Assembly: GCA_900319375.1 (NCBI GenBank)
Contig: ONOI01000003.1
Location: forward strand, 783 to 64,782
Direction of reading: 5' to 3'
DNA from: an uncultured Bacteroidales bacterium
GTDB lineage: Bacteria > Bacteroidota > Bacteroidia > Bacteroidales > UBA932
Length of the DNA: 64,000 nucleotides
Shown here: positions 57,215 to 64,000 of the stretch, piece after piece
Position numbering within the stretch: the first letter of the stretch is position 1
Layout: each line of letters opens with the position of its first letter
The notes under the pieces: generated by a model
Told to the model about the DNA's origin: nothing
The model's database searches: none
The model's input: only the letters and a program-made list of their open reading frames with translations
Program-made: the position numbers and the translations under genes

Positions 57215-58348
57215 TTATGCTTTAGCGATTTTGTTCCTTCTGCCGGTGTGGATCGAGGTGACGCAGTGGTCAATGAGCGGGGCAAAGGTGTTGCCCAGCA
57301 GGATGGCCAGCATCATACCCTCCGCATAGCCGGGGTTGAAGAGCCTGATAACGGCGCAGATCGCACCAATCAGGAAGCCGTAGATCCACTTTCCGGTCTC
57401 GGTCTGGGCCGAGGTGACGGGGTCCGTGGCCATGAAGACGGCGCCGAATGCGAAGCCGCCCATCACGAGGTGGTAGAAGCAGGGGATGTCGGACAGGCCG
57501 GCTACGTTTGCAAGGCCCGCTACGCAGAGCAGACCCACAACCTCGCTGACCATAATCTTCCAGCTTGCCACGCCGGTCCAGAGGAGGATCGCAGCGCCGA
57601 GCAGGATGGCGATTACCGAAGTCTCACCCACGGATCCGGGGATGCCGCCCCAGAACATGGTCCAGAAATCGGTTCCATACTGGGCGGTTGTGTTGATGAG
57701 GCCGCCCATTCCGCCGTCTGCCGCAAGGGCGAGCGGGGTAGCGCCGGTAAAGCCGTCTACCGTCTCCGCACCCTTGAGGCTGATCCATGTCTCAGAGCCG
57801 GACATCTTGCTCGGATAGGAGAAGAAGAGGAAAGCACGGGTAAGGAGAGCGGGGTTCCAGATGTTCATTCCGGTTCCGCCAAAGACTTCCTTGCCGAAGA
57901 TGACCGCGAAAGCGACTGCTACCGCGAGCATCCACAGCGGAACGTCTACAGGGACGATCAGAGGGATGAAGAAACCCGATACGAGGTAACCCTCGTTGAC
58001 TTCTTCGCCCCTGATCTGGGAAGATGCGAACTCGATAGCGAGACCTACTACGTAGGAGACAACGAACAGAGGAAGCACCTTCCAGAAGCCGAACCAGAAC
58101 TCCTGCCAGATGTTCATATCAAGGCCGGTGGCCAGCGAGTGCTGGAAACCGACATTCCACATGCCGAAGATAGCTGCAGGAACTGCAGAAATCACGGCGA
58201 TGATCATAATGCGTTTGAGATCGACCGCGTCGCGGACATGGGCGCCTTTCTTCGCCACTGTACCGGGGACGGCGAGGAATGTCTCAAAAGCATCGATAGT
58301 TGAGTGCAGCCAATAGAGTTTGCCGCCTTTTTCAAAAATCTTGTTCAT
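57215..58348 (-). CDS. nqrB: Na+-NQR subunit B
   Basis: HVRD.VDLKR.M, KEVFGGTG.N..NPAL, TGATPL, FMATDPVT. Confidence 0.96.
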   Translation of the reverse strand: MNKIFEKGGKLYWLHSTIDAFETFLAVPGTVAKKGAHVRDAVDLKRIMIIAVISAVPAAIFGMWNVGFQHSLATGLDMNIWQEFWFGFWKVLPLFVVSYVVGLAIEFASSQIRGEEVNEGYLVSGFFIPLIVPVDVPLWMLAVAVAFAVIFGKEVFGGTGMNIWNPALLTRAFLFFSYPSKMSGSETWISLKGAETVDGFTGATPLALAADGGMGGLINTTAQYGTDFWTMFWGGIPGSVGETSVIAILLGAAILLWTGVASWKIMVSEVVGLLCVAGLANVAGLSDIPCFYHLVMGGFAFGAVFMATDPVTSAQTETGKWIYGFLIGAICAVIRLFNPGYAEGMMLAILLGNTFAPLIDHCVTSIHTGRRNKIAKA

Positions 58349-58352
58349 ACTT

Positions 58353-59705
58353 TTAAGCCATTTCTTTAAGCATCAGGTCGATACCCTTTGCAATTATATC
58401 CTGAATGTAGTTCTTGGAAGGATCCACGAACTCGCAGACTGCGAGATCCTCGGGGAGCACTTCGTAGATACCGAACTTCTCCATCTTCTCGATGTCGCCG
58501 GCAAGACATGCCTTGATGAGATAGAGAGGATAGATGTCCATAGGAAGTACCTTGGCGTAGTAGGCGTCGTTCATTACGAATGCGCGGGGGCCGCCGTGGA
58601 GGTTGGTATCCATATCGTACTTTCTCCAGGGGGTAAGCCAGCTGAAGTAGGTATGATCGGTACTGTACTGTTTCAGACGGAGCGGCATGGCCCATCCGAA
58701 CGGTTCCTTCTCGGTTCCTTCCTTGATGAGGGTGACAGTGTTGTCGAAGTATCCCAGATAGCCCTCGACTCCTACGGTCTTTCCGCTGAGGACATCTCCG
58801 CTGACTACGCGGACGATATCTGCGTTGGTACTGTAGAAGGCCTTGAGCGCGGTCATGGGAGTTCCGGGCAGAGCGCTGACATATGCTGGCTGGATAGCCA
58901 TCGGGCCGCTCACCGCTACGAGCCTGCGTACATCGTACTTACCCTTCGTAAAGAGCTTTCCTACTGCTGCAAGACCCTGAAGGGAGATGGTCCATACGGT
59001 TTCTTCCTTCTTGATGGGGCTGATGTGGCTGATCTGTACGCCTACGTTTCCCGCAGGGCATTTGCCCTCGAAGAAATGTTTGGTAGCGTTCAGCCTGGCA
59101 AGAGGCGAGTTCGCGTAAGTCTTCGCATTGAAGCTGACGTGGACTTCGGCAATCTTAGACAGGGCGTCGATACCGGCCTGGATAGCTGCAATCTCGCCTT
59201 CGAATGCGAAGTCTGTGTCTGCGGCGCCAGGGGTAGTGTTGAATGCAGAGACGAAAATTGCTTTCGGGGTAACGGCGGGATTCGCGAGAATACCGTAGGG
59301 GCGCTGGATAAGCCAGGGCCACAGTCCGCTGCCGAGAAGAGCCTTCTTTACGTCCTCGGCTTCGAGCTGAGCGACGCTCTTTACTTCGAAGTCTGCAAAC
59401 TTCTGCTCTGGATCGGTTTGGATCAGTACTGCGAGAAGCTTTCTCTTCTCGCCCCTGACAACCGCCTTCACCGTACCGCTGGCGGGGGAGGTGATGAGGA
59501 TGTCAGGGTTGTTCTTGTCTGAGAAGACGGGGGATCCGGCCAGAACCGTATCTCCTTCCTTGACGAGCAGACGAGGCAGCAGGCCCTTGAAATCAGTGGG
59601 CTGAATTGCTACTACATCGCTCAGCAATGTCTTGCTCAGGCGTTTCTCGGCGCATCCCGTAATAGGGAGGTCGAGACCCTTTTTCAAAACGATTGTTTTG
59701 GACAT
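58353..59705 (-). CDS. nqrA: Na+-NQR subunit A
   Basis: KKGLDLPI.G, SPASG.V, GEKRKL, PAGNVG, SG.VLSG, PEDLA.CEFVDPSK. Confidence 0.96.
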   Translation of the reverse strand: MSKTIVLKKGLDLPITGCAEKRLSKTLLSDVVAIQPTDFKGLLPRLLVKEGDTVLAGSPVFSDKNNPDILITSPASGTVKAVVRGEKRKLLAVLIQTDPEQKFADFEVKSVAQLEAEDVKKALLGSGLWPWLIQRPYGILANPAVTPKAIFVSAFNTTPGAADTDFAFEGEIAAIQAGIDALSKIAEVHVSFNAKTYANSPLARLNATKHFFEGKCPAGNVGVQISHISPIKKEETVWTISLQGLAAVGKLFTKGKYDVRRLVAVSGPMAIQPAYVSALPGTPMTALKAFYSTNADIVRVVSGDVLSGKTVGVEGYLGYFDNTVTLIKEGTEKEPFGWAMPLRLKQYSTDHTYFSWLTPWRKYDMDTNLHGGPRAFVMNDAYYAKVLPMDIYPLYLIKACLAGDIEKMEKFGIYEVLPEDLAVCEFVDPSKNYIQDIIAKGIDLMLKEMA

Positions 59706-59757
59706 TGTAGATATAGTTTGAATTGAATTTCAAATTGAACCACGAAGATACGGAAAA

Positions 59758-59771
59758 AATCCGTATTTTCG
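59758..59771. promoter_or_regulatory. Variant -7 element TATTTTCG (59764-59771) for uvrD; a matching variant TATCTTCG lies on the minus strand at 59743-59750 toward nqrA
   Basis: One mismatch each to TAnnTTTG; both sit in the arms of a short ATACGG/CCGTAT inverted repeat. Confidence 0.35.
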
Positions 59772-59779
59772 TGGGTAAT

Positions 59780-62257
59780 ATGGAAAACAATGTGAGCGTG
59801 ATTTTGGAGGGACTCAACCCCGCGCAGAAAGACGCGGTCCAGGCCGTCGAGGGTCCTGTCCTCATAGTAGCCGGCGCAGGCTCCGGAAAGACAAGAGTGT
59901 TGACGAGCAGGGTAGCTTACCTGCTCGCCACCGGCGTTGACCCTTCCCGGATCCTGGCCCTGACTTTCACCAAAAAAGCCGCCGGCGAGATGAAGGAGCG
60001 TATCGCCTTGATGGTAGGGGAGAAGCGCGCCCGCCGTGTCGTGATGGGAACCTTCCACTCCGTTTTCGTTCGTTTTCTTAGGAAATACGCCGCATCCCTT
60101 GGCTATCCGGATCAGTTTACAATCTACGATACCTCCGATTCTACTTCCGCTATCAAGGTCTGCCTTAAGGAGCTGAAGCTGGATCAGGATAAGAATTATA
60201 AGCCCAAGGACGTCCTCGCCAGGATTTCCAATGCGAAAAACAATCTCGTGACCTGGGATCGCTATTCCGCCCGCGAAGACCTGGTTGCAGCAGACCGCCG
60301 TGCCCAGCGAGGCAGGATGGCCGAGCTGTACCGGCTCTATCAGCAGAAGCTGAAAGCCTCGGGCGTGATGGACTTCGACGATATCCTGGTCAATATGAAT
60401 ATCCTTCTGAGAGACAATCAGGAGGCTCTTCAGGATCTCGCTTCCAGCTTCCATTATATAATGGTAGACGAGTATCAGGATACAAATTTCTCGCAGTATG
60501 TCATCCTGAAAAAGCTCTCTATGATCTATCGCAATATCTGCGTAGTAGGAGACGATTCGCAGTCTATATACGCCTTCCGCGGAGCGAAGATCGAGAACAT
60601 CCTCAATTTCAAGAAAGATTACCCGGAATGTAAGATAGTCCGCCTCGAACAGAACTACCGCTCTACTAAAACGATAGTCGAGGCCGCCAACAGCGTCATA
60701 GCCCACAACGAAGGCCGTATCCCTAAAGAGTGTTTCTCTGAAGGCGCGACCGGCGAGAAGATTCGCGTTCTCGACTGCATGACGGATGCCGAAGAGTCGG
60801 CTATGGTCGTTCAGGAAATAGTTTCCCGTATGCGGGAAGAACATGCCCAGTACCGCGATTTCGCAATACTCTACAGGACCAACGCCCAGTCGCGTTCGCT
60901 GGAAGAGACTCTCAGGCGCCGCAATATACCTTATATGATATATTCCGGTAATTCCTTCTTCGATCGCGCGGAGGTAAAAGACCTGATGGCCTATTTCAAA
61001 CTGGCCGTCAACCCTTCAGATGATGAAGCCTTCAAACGTGCGGTGAACAAGCCCGCCAGGGGAATAGGAGATACGACGATTACCGCTCTGGAAACTTTTG
61101 CACGTCAAAAAGGAATAAGCCTCTTTAAGGCTGTCTATTCAGAAGAGTTGCTGAGCATTCTTCGCGAGGCAGTCGTCGCTAAACTTCGCGCCTTCTGCGG
61201 GATGATAGACAAGTTTGCCATCGCCGCGGCTAAGGAAGATGCCGCCGATCTGGCGAAGCGTATCGCGGATGAATCCGGCATCTATCCTTTTTATAAAGCA
61301 GACACAAGCGTTGAGGGTATGTCCCGCACGGCGAATGTCGAGGAACTCGTCAATTCGGTAGCGGTATACGTCAATGAACTGGTTGAGGAGGCGGAAAGCA
61401 ATGGCGATGAAGCACCGGTCGTGACTCTCGGCGATTATCTGGAAAATGTTTCCCTGCTCTCAAACGTAGATACTCCTACCGAAGAAGATGATACGAATAG
61501 GGTAGCCCTGATGACGGTCCATTCCGCGAAGGGCCTTGAGTTCCCGTATGTAATGATAGTGGGGCTCGAGGAGAATCTATTCCCTTCGTCGAATATGGTC
61601 TTCAGCGCTCAGGATCTGGAAGAGGAGAGGCGTCTGTTCTACGTTGCGCTTACCCGCGCGAAGAAAGACGTCATTCTTGCCTATGCCCATGACCGCTTCC
61701 GTAACGGCCGCCACGAACAGAACTCGATCTCCCGCTTCGTTCGCGAGATCGATCCGAAGTATCTCGAAAAACCCATTGATGAGGAAGAGGCCTTCGTTTT
61801 CGCGCCCAGAAGCGGCTTTGGCGGCTTTGGCTCACGCTTCGGTTCACGTGGGACTATGTCTGGATCAGACCGGCCCTCTTCCGGCTCGCGCTTCGGCAGC
61901 CCGTACGGCGCCTCGTCTCGCCCCGTAACAGTCCCCAGAACCGGTCCCGCCGGTACTTCCCGCCAGGGATTCTCAGGCGTCTCGCGCCCCGGTTCGTCCA
62001 GTCCTGCTCCGCAGGCTGGCTCTTCCCCAGTCCGTACCCCTCTGCCCTCGAAGCCCGAAGTTCAGTACGCCGACTTCGAGCCTGTCCATATGACCGAACT
62101 CTATGAGGGCGAACGCATCGAACACAACCGCTTCGGCCCCGGAAAGATCCTTTCCATCACCGGCGTCGTTCCCGAGCTCAAAGCCGAGGTCGAGTTCGAC
62201 CACTTCGGCCGCAAGACCCTCCTCCTCAAATACGCCAAAATGCGCCCGGAGCAGTAA
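59780..62257 (+). CDS. uvrD: UvrD/PcrA ATP-dependent DNA helicase
   Basis: Likely ATG at 59780; AGAGSGKT, DEYQDTN, GDDSQSIY.FRGA, LEQNYRS, MT.H.AKGLEF, EERRLFYVA.TRA, C-terminal H..FG.G Tudor-like domain. Confidence 0.95.
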   Translation: MENNVSVILEGLNPAQKDAVQAVEGPVLIVAGAGSGKTRVLTSRVAYLLATGVDPSRILALTFTKKAAGEMKERIALMVGEKRARRVVMGTFHSVFVRFLRKYAASLGYPDQFTIYDTSDSTSAIKVCLKELKLDQDKNYKPKDVLARISNAKNNLVTWDRYSAREDLVAADRRAQRGRMAELYRLYQQKLKASGVMDFDDILVNMNILLRDNQEALQDLASSFHYIMVDEYQDTNFSQYVILKKLSMIYRNICVVGDDSQSIYAFRGAKIENILNFKKDYPECKIVRLEQNYRSTKTIVEAANSVIAHNEGRIPKECFSEGATGEKIRVLDCMTDAEESAMVVQEIVSRMREEHAQYRDFAILYRTNAQSRSLEETLRRRNIPYMIYSGNSFFDRAEVKDLMAYFKLAVNPSDDEAFKRAVNKPARGIGDTTITALETFARQKGISLFKAVYSEELLSILREAVVAKLRAFCGMIDKFAIAAAKEDAADLAKRIADESGIYPFYKADTSVEGMSRTANVEELVNSVAVYVNELVEEAESNGDEAPVVTLGDYLENVSLLSNVDTPTEEDDTNRVALMTVHSAKGLEFPYVMIVGLEENLFPSSNMVFSAQDLEEERRLFYVALTRAKKDVILAYAHDRFRNGRHEQNSISRFVREIDPKYLEKPIDEEEAFVFAPRSGFGGFGSRFGSRGTMSGSDRPSSGSRFGSPYGASSRPVTVPRTGPAGTSRQGFSGVSRPGSSSPAPQAGSSPVRTPLPSKPEVQYADFEPVHMTELYEGERIEHNRFGPGKILSITGVVPELKAEVEFDHFGRKTLLLKYAKMRPEQ

Positions 62258-62265
62258 AAAACTTA

Positions 62266-62299
62266 GTACTACTCTGCGGGAAAATCCGCAGAGTAGTAC
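62266..62299. terminator. 14-bp perfect hairpin between convergent uvrD and GH26
   Basis: GTACTACTCTGCGG-GAAAAT-CCGCAGAGTAGTAC; no canonical U tract. Confidence 0.55.
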
Positions 62300-62325
62300 C
62301 AACATTCAGTAAATTACGCTAAAGA

Positions 62326-63540
62326 TTATTCTACCGTGATTCCTTCGGCCATCGTGTACATGTCCGGGAGGTCGGAGCAGAAGAATGTATTGTCCATCTT
62401 ATACATCTTCACGAAGTCCGCTTCCGATGGGTGTCCGGGATAAACGGAGAAGAAGTGCTTGTCGGATTCGTTCGCGCCGACAAATTTGTTGCGCCAGGTG
62501 ACGAGAAGGCTGACCTTACGCCCAGTCATAGGAGCGTGGATATTCTCTGTCCAGTATGTTGTCCTGGTGAAACCTTCGACACCGGTCTCGGTAACTCCGC
62601 AAGGCTTATGCTTGGACTGGGAAATGTTGGACAGAGTCTTGAGGTTGGACGTGAAAACAAGGTTGTTGATACCCTGATAGCAATCCATTCCCAGGAAATC
62701 TACGTAGTCGTCGCCGGGCCAGCGAAGGAGGTATTCGCTTTCGCTCTGCTGGCTGTCAATCTGAGGAGAGATGGCATAGATGGCATTGTGGACGCCCTTC
62801 GTGTCGCGAAGATACTTGACGGTCCACTGCCACAAATCCTTGAACTCCTGTTCTGTGGTACACTTCGAGCCCCACCAACTCCAGGTGTGGTTGTGTTCGT
62901 GGAAGGGACGGAGGATGATAGGGATGGTCTTGCCGTCGGAGCCTTTCAAACCCTTGATGATGTCGGCCAGACGGTCCATCCACGCCTTGAAAGTGTTCTG
63001 GACATCGCTGCCGTCGGTAAGGATCTTGCTTACGACCGTGTTGTCTGAGTTATCCCATGCGCCTCCGATATTGTAGTGTTCCGCGCCGGGAACGTTGAAG
63101 CGCAGGGGATTGTCCATATGCAGGCAGACGATGGTAACCATACCCATATCGTAGGCTTGCTTGACGCTCCGGAGTTTCCATTCGTTGGTCTGAGGGTCGT
63201 CGGCATAGCGGTCGTCGATGAGTTCGGCGAAATCGATGCCAAGGACAGCAGGGTAGTCGCCGCAGACCTCTTTGGTATCGGATCTGCCTTCGGTTCCTAT
63301 CCAATATCGGCCACACCAGAGGTCGTCGTGGTGTCCGAACATGAAGCCTTTTTCTTTTATGGCCCACAGATTCGAATAGAGTGCGCGGGTCTCAGGGGTG
63401 GCTTGACTATCAATGAGAGTCAGCTCCTTCAGTTCGCCTTCAGTATAATCCTTTTCATCTTTGCCCGGTAATTCTACATAGGAGCATCCTGCAAAAAGGG
63501 ACGCGCCGAGCATAAGAATAAGTAATCTGCTTTTCATCAT
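62326..63540 (-). CDS. GH26 beta-mannanase-like lipoprotein
   Basis: Lipobox FAGC; MFGHHDD, GDYPAV.G.D, ILRPFHEH (acid/base), W.WG, YPG/WPGDDYVD..G.D.Y, VTETG (nucleophile). Confidence 0.92.
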   Translation of the reverse strand: MMKSRLLILMLGASLFAGCSYVELPGKDEKDYTEGELKELTLIDSQATPETRALYSNLWAIKEKGFMFGHHDDLWCGRYWIGTEGRSDTKEVCGDYPAVLGIDFAELIDDRYADDPQTNEWKLRSVKQAYDMGMVTIVCLHMDNPLRFNVPGAEHYNIGGAWDNSDNTVVSKILTDGSDVQNTFKAWMDRLADIIKGLKGSDGKTIPIILRPFHEHNHTWSWWGSKCTTEQEFKDLWQWTVKYLRDTKGVHNAIYAISPQIDSQQSESEYLLRWPGDDYVDFLGMDCYQGINNLVFTSNLKTLSNISQSKHKPCGVTETGVEGFTRTTYWTENIHAPMTGRKVSLLVTWRNKFVGANESDKHFFSVYPGHPSEADFVKMYKMDNTFFCSDLPDMYTMAEGITVE

Positions 63541-64000
63541 TTTTTCTGGAAAATCATTACGTAATAATTGGGATGGAAGACGATCATGTTGAGATCCGAG
63601 CTACTAAACCTGTCCTCGTAGGTGTAGTCGGTACCGTCATAAGGCTTCAACTGGAAAGCAATTGCGATACAATTGGAGGGGACTGTCAGGGAGACGGAAG
63701 TCGCCGAGTCGGTATGAGTTCCGGGACCGTAAACCATTCCGTTGACGGTACTGCCGGAGCCTTTGATAGTCGCGACCATCGTCTCGGTATTGATGGTGAA
63801 GGTGCTCTCGCCGTGGGGTAACTGCCCGAAGTTGAATGACATGTCAACAGTTATGTCGCCATAAGTGTTGTTCGTGCCGTTCATGTTGTTCTTGTAGGTG
63901 TAGTCCCAATACTCTCCGTCGGCTCCCGGTCCGTAGTTGAGGGTTCCGGAAGTTCCGTCTATGGTTATCGTAAGGGTATTGTCGTATTCCTTAGTCGCGT
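63537..64000 (-). CDS. C-terminal part of a probable PUL surface protein (gene starts beyond the window)
   Basis: The frame stays open from the window end (ATKEYDNTLTITIDGTSGTLNYGPGADGEYWDY...) to a TGA overlapping the GH26 ATG. It is beta-rich and aromatic-rich. Confidence 0.6.
   Translation of the reverse strand, partial: ATKEYDNTLTITIDGTSGTLNYGPGADGEYWDYTYKNNMNGTNNTYGDITVDMSFNFGQLPHGESTFTINTETMVATIKGSGSTVNGMVYGPGTHTDSATSVSLTVPSNCIAIAFQLKPYDGTDYTYEDRFSSSDLNMIVFHPNYYVMIFQKK

Overview
Gene-dense chromosomal window from a Bacteroidales genome. The assignment rests on SusC/SusD pairs, TAnnTTTG promoters and the atpD-C-B-E-F-H-A-G gene order. An uncultured gut/rumen lineage is plausible but cannot be shown from sequence alone. 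Housekeeping blocks: purF(end)-M-N-H-D, tRNA-Asp, F-type ATP synthase, mtnN-SSS-murQ-uvrA, nqrA-F, uvrD/pcrA. Accessory blocks: (1) a polysaccharide utilization locus (PUL, 10.7-27.8 kb) with a kinase-less HTCS-like AraC sensor, two tandem SusC/SusD pairs, binding lipoproteins and three GH16-fold paralogs, where the first susD carries a T16 run in its signal-peptide codons that looks like an ON/OFF phase switch; (2) a surface phospho-glycan locus (45.1-53.1 kb) in which an opine dehydrogenase is translationally coupled to cytidylyltransferases, a choline-kinase-like domain, an amidohydrolase and two LicD transferases, facing Stealth and GT2 genes, and which is the best candidate for an undescribed pathway; (3) the end of a second, GH26-containing PUL at the right edge. 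I saw no CRISPR array, integrase, transposase or prophage. Products were assigned by reading motifs by eye; no database searches were run.
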